Both the position numbers and the translations under genes were made by a program. Below, in pieces: positions 1-14,400 of a stretch of 64,000 nt of DNA (positions are counted from its first letter, which is position 1; each line of letters starts with the position of its first letter). A model generated the notes under the pieces. It was not told the DNA's origin and did not search any database. It was given only the letters and a program-made list of their open reading frames with translations. The DNA comes from Zygnema circumcarinatum SAG 698-1b (taxonomy: Eukaryota > Plantae > Zygnematophyceae): positions 3,505,361 to 3,569,360 of the forward strand of contig CM074805.1 of assembly GCA_037447605.1 (NCBI GenBank), given 5' to 3'.

Positions 1-208
1 ATCCGCTTGAACTCACCTCCACGAGACAAAAAACACATGTCGCACTCTGTTACATTTTGAGGATAGAACGCTTCGAGAGGGACACTGACGAGGATTCATT
101 GTGAACTTGCAAAACTCCGGGCAGTAAAATTCCATTTAACTTCATAATTGAAAACCTGTTCAAGCAAGTTATGGAGATAACCGATATACAGTGGGGAGAA
201 TGGGGTAC

Positions 209-3200
209 CTGGCGGTCTGCAGGCAGCGGTAAAACATCACCGAAAATAGTTACACGAGCATTGGCCAAACCGCTCCATCCTGGGATCTGTACCCTCGTTG
301 CCAACAGAAAGGTACACGTAACTTTTGAGTATGACGAGATGTGAGGTATTACCCTGTAAAAAGGAAGTTGTCAAAGGACAGGATACTGGATGTAAAAGTT
401 ATAGCTGACCTGAACAACTAAGGTCGACCTCGGGTCTGCCAGCAAGTTCCTTGTGTGTATGGCAAGGGGGGAAAGCGAAAAAATAGGATCTGCACCAACA
501 CATCCTAGTTTGAAAACCAAAGCGCAACGTAATTCTCGAGCAGGGACACCAGATTCTCCGTTGGCCAACAAGTCACTGTCTACCTGCGACTGCATAACAT
601 ACTGATAGACCACTGAATTCTTCATTGTGTCGTACAGCACACATGACCCTGCAGACTGCGCTGTGAAGAGGCCACAAAAACTCACGACGAACATTCGTTT
701 CTCAGTAACACTGACTCGTAAACATGTGCTTGACAACATCAACCTAGTAGCCAATGAAAACAATGATACATGAGTTAGATCCGTACACTCGTATAGGCCC
801 ATAAGAAACACGGTGCAAGGCTTATCCCTGTAGGAAGAGGAGTGTTGACTTACGCCCTTGTTCATCAGGAGCAAAATCCACCAGGGACCCAAAGGGATAT
901 CCACGCCTACGATGATGCATTCGCGACATAATGGTACATAAATGTGCATACCTAGCCTGCAGCCGTTGAAAAACAAAATTTTCAGGTATGTGCTCCGAGG
1001 AGTCTAGCTTTTCACCATACACTCATTGCCTACAAGATTTCCAGGCTATAAGTAGCTTCAACTGCCTGATCCATAGCACGAACTGATAGTTTGAAGAAAA
1101 GTACGACTACCTTACTGAGTTCTCAGTTCACGAAACCCACGCAAGGTAAGCCAAACCCTCCAAAGACAGGAGAAAGTGAATGTTTTCAAGTGATTGTAAA
1201 ATTATCTCCTTTTCCGGGTCCAAAGAACCTCACCTGTTCGATCAAGTTCCGAACCGCAACTGCGGGTGCTGGCAATCCATGAGCAGAAGTAGCACTCTGC
1301 ACACCCCCGGAAATGGGGGTCCTATGTAGGCCTGCCCTCTTGCTGCTGGGTGATGACTTGTTAGGGCTTTCACCCTGCAAAGACGCGAATGGCTGAGGAG
1401 GGGAGACAGGGCTGCACTCCCCTTGCAGCAAATCAAGGGAGGATGGGGCAGCCTGCAATCAAGAGAAAGGAGACGCGAAGGTCATGCACATGCAACTCAC
1501 TTGCTCTAGAGATGGCTAGGCGTCTGGTCCAACTTCCAAACGTCAATAATGGAGACAGAAATTGCGTTCAAAGGTTCATCAAATGGCAAAAGACATCGGT
1601 GGCAGACCACAACGTTTCAGTTATTGACATGGTCGATCAAATGCAAAGACTCAGGGCAGCATTGGCATCCTCAAGACTTGCACAATGAGAGCCCTGCAGG
1701 TGACAGAGTATATAATAATGACCTTGAGTGGAGGTGACGGGGTGCTCCCATTCTTAAGATAGGGCTTGGGGCTTTCACTTTTGGAATCAGCCGCGCCATT
1801 TCCACCAACTGCCTCGCTAGGCTGTGCTGCATCTGCAGACGCTCGGACCATTTGCATCGCCAGATGCCATCTGCATGGCTCTGAATGGCCAGAACAGAGT
1901 CGATCTCCTCTGAGTGAGTGCAGCTGTGTAATTCCCCTGATGATACAATAAAAAACTAACCATTCAATAAGCAAGCACACAATACAGTCTCACAAGTGTA
2001 CGAAATTTCAACACCTTTCCATTTCACGAAAGGCGAACATCTTGAGTCACAATTGCTTTGAGCGTTTCCATACGCATAAGGTACTTGTTACTGAAAACAG
2101 TTTACAAACGAAACAACGACATCGTCATGGCATGGAGGAACGTGTCTTGAGAAAGAAATGAAGCCTCTGAGAAAAAAAGTGGTTGGAGATAACTGTAATG
2201 TGTAAATCTGCCGCCGGACAGAAACAAAGTGGTTCGTTCATTTCAATTCAGATAAACAAGAGTTCAAGAAATAATGATACTCCAATAAGTGACCCTCCTA
2301 AACTATGTAGGAGAATTCCCCACATGAAAACGACACTTTCAAAAGAGTGTAAAAGCTAAGATTTTGATGAGGTTAACGATCAAAGGCTGAAGCCTGCTAA
2401 CACTCGCAATCAATGAGGTATGACTAACTTAACCAGCACAAACAATAGTTCCCGAAGGCAACGGAATGGATTTTTCACTGACCACTTCCATGATACAGTA
2501 GACACCACAATAAATCTGCCCACTTCGTGAGAACCACTATGACCTGAGACAAACTTGAGACTCTGCTCTCATTCATTTGCTGAAGCGCAGCGGTATCAGA
2601 AAAGTGTTTGCGTGATAAAAAGTTGTTCTATTGCTACAGCCCTTTTGGCCAAAAAAGGCCCAAAAAGCAGGTCACCGTGACAATTATTGAAAGCCAGCGA
2701 ACAAGAACAGCCGAGTAGACAATGCCTGCTTCGATTTCCAAGGTGCGAAAAACAGCAAACAAAGTAATGCTTGGCATACAGACGGCCATATTTACAATGC
2801 GTTCGGCTAGAAAAAAAAGGGTAAGGGGGACCTGCAATCGCTTCTAAGAAGAGTGACTCTGCATTTCTCTGAAGGAATCCAGCAAAAGCTCACGAAAAAT
2901 GTAAATTTCAAGCATTTACACAAACGCACAAAAAGAATATGTGGGCTTGAATGCACGCCCGCGAAGTCAGCATCCTCCACTAACGGAGGAAAAAGCATGG
3001 AAAAAACGTTACCTAAAGCTGAAACACACCTACGAAAATAATTGACGACCCAAAGCTGACCAAAAATGCCGAGAATTCAAGAGCTCTACTGAACAAACGA
3101 TCCTCCTTCCCCCAACCCTAAGGATCCCGAGCCGAAGCAGACGCACTAAGCGTCACAATAAGACTAGAAAGAGCTACTGCTGTGACCCGCACACGCTTCA

Positions 3201-3390
3201 GGTGCAAGCCTGCATCAGAACACAGGCTTCCAAAAATGCGTGAAAAGAAGCAGCCAGCCGAGTTCTCTTGCCTTGAAAACGCGGCGCTGCTGCATATGCG
3301 AGCTTCAGAGGGGACAAACGAGCCAAGCGAGGGGCCGCAGGCGCAGGAACTGCTCGCAGGGACGAGGTTGAGCGCAGCCGCCATGGCCAT
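209..3390 (-). CDS. Pyridoxamine 5'-phosphate oxidase-family / glutamyl-tRNA reductase-binding-like FMN split-barrel protein, probably plastid-targeted; 3' end lies beyond the left edge
   Basis: Spliced exons (about 3390-3272, 1936-~1723, ~1452-1234, ~955-853, ~488-409, 286-209) give ...GLHRTPISGGVQSATSAHGLPAPAVAVRNLIEQARYAHLCTIMSRMHHRRRGYPFGSLVDFAPDEQGHPIFSLSPLAIHTRNLLADPRSTLVVQIPGWSGLANARVTIFGDVLPLP, which matches the conserved land-plant family. The Ser/Ala-rich N-terminus resembles a transit peptide. Confidence 0.88.
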
Positions 3391-4323
3391 CCTGAACGAA
3401 GCTCTCACTCTCCTCTCCGAGGGCGGTGCAGAAGGCGCCCCTGCAAACTTAGTCGTCACGAACGGTTCTATGTTGACAGTTGAACTAAGTTACATGCAGT
3501 TCGGTCCGATAAAACGGGCCAGCGTGTCAGTGTCCGATGGAGAGGCAGTTCCATCCATCTAACGGTCAGAATTGCATCCGATAATTCTGACCAGTTCGCT
3601 TCACATCCAACGGCTGAAAACTCAGGTACAAGATCTGGAGGCCAACCGCAGCTACATCCGACGGTGCACAGAGCCCGAATCTGACGGCCAGGCGGTGCCC
3701 TCTCTCTTTCACAATTCGACCTCGTCCTTTAGGAGCCGTTTTCTCCAAAGGGAAATGGCCTGATGGGGGATGGTTACAAGTTGGAGTGCTCCACGTTTGT
3801 CATGAAGAGCATCCTTTTTATTTCAAAACTCCTCTAAGAACTGCATCGTGGAATGTTTCCTTGCTGTCCTGGGCGTCAATTCAGCGCCTTGAAACGGCAT
3901 TTATCAAAAAAGCATGCCATCTGAAGGTCTGACTGGTGGACCCGAAGAGAAACCAATCCGCAAAGCATGTTGAGGCACACCTTTCTCCTCTCATCATGTT
4001 TGCGGGACAACAGAGAGTTCAATAAAAGAGAGTTTATTGAGACAGCAATAGCAACAATTTGTACATTGCTTGCCCCAGGGGCCTTACAAAATGGGGACCG
4101 ATCTCTGCCCTCTCGCATCCTTTACATAGAAGCCAACAGCTCCGTCAAAGACTGACTGAGGCAGTACTTGAAATTCAAGTCAAACGGAACAATAAATGTC
4201 GCAAAGGATTTGACAGGCTGCTTTGGTTCGTGGATAACACTTGGATTGCCTCGCATAAGCCTTCCAGTAACTGTACAAGTAAACAAATCAACCGAAGTGG
4301 AATAAGTGGAATAAGTGGAATAA

Positions 4324-7065
4324 TCACAGAACAAGCTCGAGCATTTCGCACGTGCCGCACTGAATCATGAGGACTTGGTGGCCGAATCGATCCTCCATAT
4401 AAAAGCACGGCTGTTTAGCGCATCCTAAGCTGAGATGCTCCTCAAACGCTTCTCCGAGTCGACGTTTGAGACACGCTAAGTCCACCTGGAAGAACAATGA
4501 ACGCGTCGAAGAAAACGGTCGTTCAATGCCAAGCAGCTTGAAAATTGTCAGTGCCGTCAGCATCGTTCACAATAACCACGAGCATTCACACGATTACTCC
4601 GCCAAAATCTCTACAAGCATGCCCCCCTACCTTTCCCTTCTGGCTTACTTCACCTTCCATTCCTGCAAACTCCTACTCGACTATCAGGAGAAAAGCAGAC
4701 GCATGTCAAAAGTATAACTCGACTAAGCAAAATTACCATCCATTTCCTGCGACAATATGACTTTCTGAGGCATCCCCTCACCTGCTCATTTCGAACGTCC
4801 AATTGAAATCTGCCACATTTACAGAACAATAAGTGCCCACTTTGCTGTATGCAGTGCTGTTTGCAGAGAGGACAAAGGATTTGATGTTCACCCTGCACCA
4901 AACGAGCGAGCTTTTGTTTCAAAATTCATCTGGATACACCTCTGGGATTATTGACACCTCTCTTAACATTAATAACACAGTTATCAAGTCAAACCAATGA
5001 CTGTTCGTTCCTTCCACTACAGCAATCACAAAAGCATACCCTCTATCGTCACTCGAACAACGCAGGCGACTGCTGCATGATAAAATCTTCATCTGATTGA
5101 CACAACAAGTGAGATAGACGGAGCGCAATATTGACTGACAGAGCAACATCGCAAACATCGCAAAATCGAGCCATCAACTGTCATCGTGGTACACAAATCC
5201 CTTAGGACCCAGGGCCAACCTCAAGCTCATCTCGATAGTCCGCCAGAGCAGCAAGCTCAGCGCTCTCAAGCGCTCTCACCTGTTCCTCATCCTTCAACAT
5301 TTGTTCCTCTGCTCAATCAACAAAAACGAACAAAAAAAAAACGTAAAGTAAGACACAAAACTCCCAACTTCAAAACGATCCATTAAACATAAAACTCACA
5401 GTGATAAATCGCTAGTATCGGCTGATCTGCAATCTCAAACTTCAAGCTCCGACAATTCACAATCCATCGACCATACTCGCATGAATGCACGAGAATAGGA
5501 GGTCCTACAAGCCATGCGTACATTCACTAGAGCTGTTTAGGCTTTAACTTGTGCATCAGTCCAGCTAAAGGGATGAGATCCTTCCAGCACCAAAACAAGA
5601 CGACTTTCCCGGAGTAAAAATAAATTTAGAAACGAAATTCTACAACAAGTACCGAATGACACAAGATGAGCTGAAGGGTATCTCAAGCAACTCTTCGGGT
5701 TCGAAATACAAAAACTAGCTCGCAAGGTAGGAAAAAGCAATAAGCAAGTACACGTTTTCACAGTGTATGGAGCTCCATAGGAAAAAATCTGATTGGCAAT
5801 GAGAATAGCACCTGCTCTACTCATTGGATTTTCTGCGTCTTCATGAAGAGTCCTTTCCATCTCCAAAAGTAACTCTTGGTATTCCTCCTCTGTCAAGCCC
5901 TCGAGACAGTCATCAACCGCGAGACCCGGCGCTTGACCTGAGTCATAATCCCACAGCATATCTTCGGCGGTGGAAGAAACGGTGACTCGGCCACTTGTGG
6001 AAGTCGAGAAGCCATTAGTTGCTCTAGATAAAATCTCGGTTTGAAGAATTTGTGATGTGTCGATACTCCGAAGCTCCTCCGCTACAATATGTCGCAACGT
6101 GAGGCTAACCGAATCCTGAAGACACATTTCCAACCAGTAAAATATTTACTACAAGCTCTGCTTATAAAATAATATAGTGGAACAATACATTCCAATAGTA
6201 GTCCATATCCATACAGGATAAGAACGATTGAATTTTTCGAGACTCCTCTTCCACTGCGGTGCAGTCATTGCGGATTCCAACTAGTAGTTCGTTCAATTCC
6301 ACTATCTCTAGAACGGGTAGAGAGGCTTTTCCAAAGCCCCAATCATGTAGCAGCACATCACCAAGAAAACAACGTAATTGCACGAACGGAGTGCAATTTC
6401 ACTTGTATGTGAACCATGTCTCGTCGAGTTATTGGTGCCTAAACTGTCCAAATGTCTCATGCCTCTCCTTTTGAAGCCCCTACAGCTTCCTCTATTGGCT
6501 TGATGTACCAAACGAGCAACTATTCAAAAACGATGAATGGTCCATCACGACTGATATGACACCAAACCAGTCCCTGCCAAACAGCCATCCGTGCCACAGA
6601 GCCAATAGAGGTAGAACGGATTCGGACCTTGCTCAAAAGAGACGACTTCGATGCCGCTGAATGAACATGCCTCCGGAATTTCCACAGAAGGGCGCTGCGC
6701 TCTCTTTGGATACGTGCCAAACACTCATTTCTGAGCTGGAACAACAACGTAATGCAAGAATAAACATTACGCAACATCAATGCGCAGAAAAACAAGTGCA
6801 GAAGTCACTAAAAAAAATGCTATGCAATAATGCAACGAAGAATCAGCACGGTAGCTCGGCCAGCTATGGTGCAGCATGTTTCTGGAATAGTCCAAGTGAA
6901 GCGACGAGCACGACCAGTTGGCTCAAGAAATTTCTTCATGCAAACATCCATTTCCTACAGAAGCCGGGAAGGACGCGAACTGACTTTCTCCTTCCAGTGC
7001 GGTCGCCGTGTCGAGGCGGAAACTCTCCGCGTTGACTGCTTCTTGCCACAGCTGTGCGTTTCCAT
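4324..7065 (-). CDS. RPAIN: RPA-interacting protein (RPAIN/RIP)
   Basis: Six GT-AG exons (7065-6985, 6735-6628, 6115-5812, 5308-5220, 4892-4782, 4485-4324) with consistent phases. N-terminal WKEKLRNECLARIQRERSALLWKFR, acidic middle (EEEYQELLLEMERTL) and C-terminal zinc finger CPLC..CKC..H..GC..CGTC. Confidence 0.88.
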
Positions 7066-7477
7066 AGAAAAGCTACATATAATAGCCGGTGTTGCCTCAG
7101 CTTAAACACGCACTTCGAAGAATTAAGGAAGTGAGCTCCACACAACCGCCAGTGGATGCAAACATGGCCGCCTGTAAGTGTAAGGCACCTCCTTGAAGAT
7201 CGTCCTTCCAAACCTAAACCGCCGAGAGCTTTGTAGTTTCGAGTTTCCAGCCACTGCCGTAAAGCAGCGGCAGGAATGCCGTCCGTGCCGTACACGACAG
7301 CAGCCTAGTCAGCATTTCGCCCAATCAGTGTTCGCCACGAGGGATTCGATCGGCGGCTCCCGTGCTTACGTGGCGCGGCTCGTCCCTCGTTGGGCACTCG
7401 CTTGGTCGGTCGCCAAAAGGAGAGTGAAAACAAAACTGGGCATCGATCGACCTAGCGATGGAGGCGATGGGGGGAAA

Positions 7478-7995
7478 CTTGCATTGGTCTCACGATGGTG
7501 GCGGGGAAAACGAAGGAAGTGGCATTGAAATCGGGGCCATCAAAATGTGCATGGATAAAATCAACACGGGGAACCAAAAAAAAGGCCACAAAAGACCGGA
7601 GGACAAAAAAGAAAAAGCCTACCGTATAAACGGAAATCTAATGCCCTCAAACGTGCACGGACAGTCAAAGGCGACATGGGGAACCACGAGGAACCAACCA
7701 CCCGGCCGGCCACAAAGGACCTGAGGGCGAAGCGCAAAGCAATGGTTCCACAAACAAGCGCCAATTTGAATAGAAGCTCCCGCGTGTTGAGTAGCGATGC
7801 GGCGGTCGGCGACCCTCGGCTGGTCGTGGAGCCGCGGTGTTGGGCCCAGAGGCAGAGGTCAATTCCCTGGGACCTTTGTCCTTTGGTCCTTTCGTCTCGG
7901 TTCTCCATGCTGTGTTGGGACCGTGTACATTTGACATTTGTACATTTTTCTCTCTCAGTTGATGGAATCGCCGTTGTGAAATCAATGCCAATTCC
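7478..7995. mobile_element. Degenerate non-autonomous DNA-transposon-like element with long imperfect inverted ends
   Basis: Left end GCATTGGTCTCACGATGG...GCCATCAAAATGTGCATGGA; right end (reverse complement) GGCATTGATTTCACAACGGCGATTCCATCAA...ATGTACACGG. The same motif recurs at 18061, 18550 and 40280-40361. No TSD resolved. Confidence 0.5.
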
Positions 7996-8470
7996 TCCTT
8001 CTACTGTCTCTTTTTTTTCCTTCTTTTCTATTCAATGAAATGTAGGCCAGCGTGCGGACGAAGGACGACGCAGACACGATTTGAAGTAACGAGCGGCCAG
8101 TACAACATGGCTGTGGCAAGAGAACTTTCTTCAGAAGCAGCAAATGTCGCCAGTTCTGAAGCATGGTTCAAGATAAATCATAAATGCTGGGCAATACCCT
8201 CATCAATAACAACGAATTTTATTGTGCGAATGATGACCTTTCTACACCAAACCCTACCAAGGACGAACCACACGCTGAAAAGGCCATCTACAAACTGTTT
8301 GTGCTAACGTTACACACCATTGACTCTGCCAACATCGACGTAACCTAAACACAAAAGGAGCTCCGTACTTAGGACTCTAGTCCTGGAGCCCCTGTGGCTG
8401 TGAACAACGGAACGGAGCGCATTATTGGACAAAATCTACATCTATCACAAGCTTTAAACCTCTTGTCACC

Positions 8471-11400
8471 TCACAAAAGGTCCAGCAGATGCCCCTGATT
8501 CTGAGCCGCACCAGGGCCAGGCTTTCCCTGACTATCCACCTGGCCTCTCCCTCTCCCCCTCCCCAATCCCTGAGGTGGTGCGGATAGCCTCGGGCCCGGC
8601 GGGGGTGGTGCCAGTCTACCAGGTCCAGGTGCCCCTACTCGGAAGCCTTGAGCAGGGGGAGGAGTTCCAGAATATGCAAACCCCCCACTTCCCATACTTC
8701 CAAAGCCACTTTGCTGAGGAGGCGGGGCCGGAGCAGGTGAGGCAAAGAACGTCCCTAAATCCGGCTGCTGGGGTTGATTGAGGCTGAGATTCCCCCCACC
8801 TGAGAGAACACTCCAATCGTTGGCATTGAGCCCTCCGTTCGGAACCCCCATTGCAGGAACTGAGCTCATAGGAGCTCCCATCCCTCCCAGGCCACTGGTT
8901 AACCCGCTGCTGCTCCCTATCCCCAGACCAGCACCACCTCCTGATCGTGCTCCTGGGGCACTGCCATAGCCGGCATTCCCTGTCTGTGAAAAAGTACTTG
9001 TTGAGGCACTGCCCTTCGGCTCCAAGATGCTTCCTGCCGTCGTTCTTGGGGGCCAGTCAGCAAAGGGGTCATCGTTATCAACCTTGGAGGGGACAGGATT
9101 CCTCGGAGAAAGAGAAGATAACTGGGTCAACTCAAAACTGGAATTAGAGTAAGAGCTCATCCCAGCCGATGGCCCTAAGTCTAAACCTGAACCTACACCT
9201 GCGTTATAGCCCAAGTTCATGCTCCTGTTGTTTGTCACACTTGTACCAAGACCTATCCCGCTTCCTCCAACCATGCTCATCCCTGACTCGTTTCCAAACC
9301 CTCCTGAAGCTGCAGGTGAGCTAGGACTTAACGCATACTGGGCTTTGGGAGTCAGTGATGATAAGCTTGGCCCTGCCGGTGGCGATGTTAGAGAAGAAAA
9401 AGGATCTGTGGGTGGTGCAGGCAAGGCGAGCATAGTGTAGCTTTCTGTTGGGGCAGGCGCAGGTAAGGCCCAAGGAGCATAGCTGTCCGTCAGTGCAGGT
9501 GCAGGTAAGGCTAGGGGTGTACTGCTGCCGGTCAATAGCATAGAATCCAAAGGTGATGACATGCTGGGCAGCGCATTTGGAGAGGGCGTGTGCTGCTTGG
9601 AAATAGGTCCCCACTCATCTGTTGCATCCCAAGACGTCGTGGGCCTGAAAAACAAAAAAAGTTGAAGGTGTCAGGAAACAATGAGCCGTACTCTCTCTCT
9701 CTCAGTCCAGGGAGCAAATCACAATTGCCGGGGAAACAGAACTCTGCTTTCTCTCTGAATTGACTATGATCCTGATCGTAATTGCTGGACCGATAATTAA
9801 TGTTATTGGTCAATGTTGCGATTCCGAAACAAGCTGGAACAGGCGAGCCAAACTTGACTCTAACTGAATCTCATCCTAAAAAGGCGAGTAGTGAGAACCC
9901 ACGCATGTTACCTAAACTGTTTCTTTGACTTTATTAGTGGACCAGTCAGCCTAACCTCGACCGCATACTTGAAAAAGCGAGTTCGTTGAGCAAGAACCAA
10001 AAACCAAAATTGACAGCTATGAACATACCCTTTGCCTATACGCTAATGGCAGAAAATGCTCAAAGCCAAATGCTTGCACCAACACCCTAACTTCACCTCT
10101 CCAATAGAGGTTTCCCAGAGCTACAGTGCCCTTACTTGGCAGAGGAATATTTCGGTGGCCCATTGCTCCCGGTTAGGTCGAGAGTGGTCGAGCTCGCACC
10201 AAGACCAGCAAAATCGAGAGACACTGAATCTGCCTCACTCAAATTCACTCCTCGTTTCTCCTCAATTTTGCTGCATTCCTCACAAACAGTACATCATGAC
10301 AAGCACGAGCTTCAGTGAGGATATCTGAGGGAACTTTCCCGGACGATAAAGAAATCAATATTGGTATAAGTACAAGTTGGAAGCACAAGAATATGGAAAC
10401 ATGAAGAACATAAGTGAAATCACTTTGGTTTCTAAAAGGGGACCATGAGAGAAAATGTAAACCTCGACATGGTTGGCATTGATTGACACTTCTCGCAGGT
10501 CTCATGCAATTACAGTTAGTCTGGGAGGGCATAATCCTTCAGAGAATGGTGCTGTAACCATTTCGTAGCCTTTTCGTAACCTTTATTCAAAATCAACTCC
10601 GGCAAGAAAGCCTTTAAAGTCTCACACTGCTTCTGATACTAAAGACTCAGATTTCGAGAGAATCTCGACTTCATTTGCATCAAGGAACTAAGGTTAGGAA
10701 GCTCACTGCAAGATGTCCAGCACGAGACGCAAAAATTTAGCGAACTGTGCGGAGCTGAGCTGTTGGGTCACCAGCAATGGCGTCAACAAAGGCAGCAAAT
10801 GCTCCGCAGCAAACTCCACACCTTGCTGCAAGGAAATCATCGGGAGTAGTTTGGAGTTTGGTTTTGAACTATTCCCCAAGCTTTCTTCCAGAACAATAGA
10901 ACATGACACGGGTAGAAACGGGCAATGGACGACCATTCTCACAAATCGTAGCCAGACCTGGCTTATGAAAGCACCCCTGACTTCTGAACTGCTATTAATC
11001 TGAAAATGAATGATAAAAACCTGGTCTTGAGTCACAACTTACCCCTGTTGGATCTACGATCTCATACACAACTTCTCATTTTGGACAACATTCCAGGCCT
11101 TCATGAAAATGACACACTCACACCTGATGCCTATAAAAACGACAGCAGCCCTCACAGTTGCCAACAGCATTTCGGCCTCGAAGAACATGCGTTCTCTCTG
11201 CTAATTACATTGATGAATGAGTCGACTCCCTCAAATCCCACTGCCACAAGAGTGGCTTGTACCAAGATCATAGATCATGAGTACCTGCTTCTGAATGGTG
11301 TCTGCTACTGCCAGAATGCACATAAGTGTTGGTGGAGAATGGTCCACAGACGCACAACGTGCACAAGTCTGCAAAATGTCCATCACCGCGGCTCTATCCA

Positions 11401-14400
11401 ACCGCTGCACTAAGTCTCCGAGGCAGATGAGCGCGTGGACGCGGACCTGCAGCACCGCGAGCAGAAGAGTAGACAGGCATTAAGGACTCCAAGAGTGCAG
11501 AAAGTCACTCCATTGCCTTATGGTGTTTTCTGGCAGGAGACGGGACTTACCGCTGCAACAGAGGTCTTCAAGGCGAGTGCATGCACTCGCGGAACAATGG
11601 CCGCCTTCACTAAGTCAAAGTCCAGCTTCAAGGCCAGGTCCACAGTTCTACGAAGAGTTTCTTCCTGAATCCGTGGATCACTATCATCATACGCGCGTAC
11701 AAGCATAGGCAAAACGTGTGAACTCATTACTTCCACGGAGGCCTGCAAAAACAGATAAGTAGGTCACCCCCAAGTTCAAGTACTACCAGCGGCCACCAAA
11801 GCAAGAAACAGGATAGAGAAAACCCACCGTAGCAATGTTTACCCTGTACATGCCAATCCCAGGCGCCGCTAAAGAGTAAACAGGACATAGGTTTCCTGTG
11901 CCTTTGCTCTTGCACTTACTTCCTGCTCTATGGACAAAAAAGGATGAATTTAAGGGGGATAGGCGGAAACTTCCTATAGCTCCAGATGGGTGACAAGCTG
12001 TGTTTTGGCACAGGAATTTCGAGAAAGATGAGAAGAAAACGCCTTACCTTAGAAACCAGGGTGGGCAGATGCTTCACAAGGATCAGTAGACTATCCCCAA
12101 CAGCATTTTGCATTACAGGCATCAGAGCAGACTGAGAGTATATCTCAAAGTCTCGTGGATTCTGCCAAAAAAGGAATTTCGAAAAGCAAGAGTGAGAGCT
12201 ATGTCCAAGTCATTACATCGACAAGGAAGCATACAATCACGGCGAAATCTGCTGTTGATGAAAAAACGAGTGTCTCAAAAGTAAACAGACCCACATTGCA
12301 TATGCACTCTTTAACTTCGCCCCTACTTATGAAGCCTAATTCCATTAGCCCCAACAGAAATTGCAGAAATACCCCCTCTGCAGCAGACTTTCTGGCAGGT
12401 TCGAGTTGGGTGCTTACCTGATTCTCCGCGATCAGAAGCACAAGCGGGAGAGTGAAATGTAGAATGGACTCGTTTTTCAGCTCTGCCAGCAAAGGGGGCA
12501 GCACCTGGGCAAAAAACACGAACACAAAACCAAGCTTCATCGTAACTATCTGCATTGCAGAAAGTAGATAAGTAGCTACTGATGCAGGTTATAGCAAGTT
12601 TGTCACCCGTTGAATAGCATTTGCTTTGTCCATGGGCTTAATGAACCACGTCATGTACCTTATAGCGAAGCACACGAGGATCAAAACCTGACCATAGCCC
12701 ACTCAATGCCTTAAAAAACTCTGTCTTTTGCAGGTTATCTCGCTCCTGTAGCAGAAAGTCAAAGACGATCAAATTTAGAGCCTGATTGCTTCAGAGAAAA
12801 AATCCACTGGAATCACTTGAAACTTGCAGTGCTGCAGACAATGCACCATTATTGCACCGACATCCCTGAGAAGGAAAACTATCGTACACATCCAGTCATA
12901 TAAATTAAACAGTGGAAAACCCAAGTGGTGATCAGGAACCTTACCAACATATGGTCCAAAAATCGCAGTGCCCGCAGACGCAGGTCATCTCGATACCAGG
13001 GGGAGCCTGCCAGCAAGGCCAAAGCACTTGCAAGGATTTGTTAGTGTCTGTGGGAAAACACGGAACCCAATACCCTTAGCTGTAATGTCGGAAAGGTTCT
13101 GGTTCAGTCCGGAAAACTTCTCAAAGTGGTCATCTTCTGTGGAGCATGCCTTGGCATGCGATAACTGCATGGAGAAAAAGGGTTGGCATTCATTGGATGA
13201 GCCGGATCTGTGACAATGCATTCATTGTGCATCAATTCACACTCACTGCAAAAGTCATGAGCAGTTGGCCTCGCCATAGCCTCCTGTGATAACATTCTTC
13301 GCAAATCGTTCTCCAGTTCCAAAGGAATTCCTTGGTACGTGCCTCGTTGCAGGTTCATTATCTTGTTGAGGTACTGCATACAGGCCAAAAACCTGCGTCA
13401 GGTATGGGCAGCAAACCTTGGGTTAGCTTCCAAGTTGAAGGTGCATTTTTCGATGACCCATGCGGTCCAGATATGTACAGCTTCATACTTCGGTCCAAAC
13501 TAAAAGCAACGTCTGTGCTCATCAGATAACAAAGACAAATACCAACCTCGAGCAACAGTTTGATCATTCATGACGGCATAATAACCTACTTACTTCTCAT
13601 GCACCTCAAAGGAAATCCTTAGTATACTGCATTTCTGAAAAGAACGCAGCATACTCAGGTATTTTACCAGGCAAAAAAGAAATTTGAAGTCATCTCTTGC
13701 CAGGTAAACCAGAAATAGCCGTCACAGCTCTCCTCTACTGAATAAGCCTCTATGGCTGGATGTTCTGAAATTCACCGATTGCTGATTGTTGTAACAGTGA
13801 AGCAGGGGTTTCTTTGCCACCAAGTGGTAAGTCAGCAGGGCCAAACTGAAAATGTCAGTAGATGTGCGCGTGTCTCCCCCCATCAGGGACTTAATAGGCT
13901 TTCGGATAAGCTCAGGGGCTGAGTAATCAAGAAGAGGCTGCAGAGGTAGGACAGGTGCCTCCACATCAAAGTCCTGCAAAAAAAACATGCAGACTTGTCA
14001 GTGGCGAATCGGCCTCGGCATTACGGAATGCCAAAGGGAGTGCAGGATTCAGCTTGTTAAGTGCACTAGGTATGACAACCTCAATCGATGGTGGCGCTTC
14101 TATCTTAACATAATGGGTATATGGGGCGCCGAACACGAGGTATATATACACAATGACTAGCAATATGCCAAACCCGTGAGAATTTCTCGTTCACTATGAT
14201 GAATAATCCAATGACAAGAGTTCATACACGAATGGCTCCATCAAAAGGAGATCTTCAATTTAATTTAAGTGATCCTGCCCACTCATCGAAAGATATTTCC
14301 TAGCAGATTAGAATCAATGCATTCCGACAACATTGTCTTCACACAGTCTTGAAGGGCAGAATCAAGCGAGCTAGTTTCCCCCGTACACCATCACTCTGGT

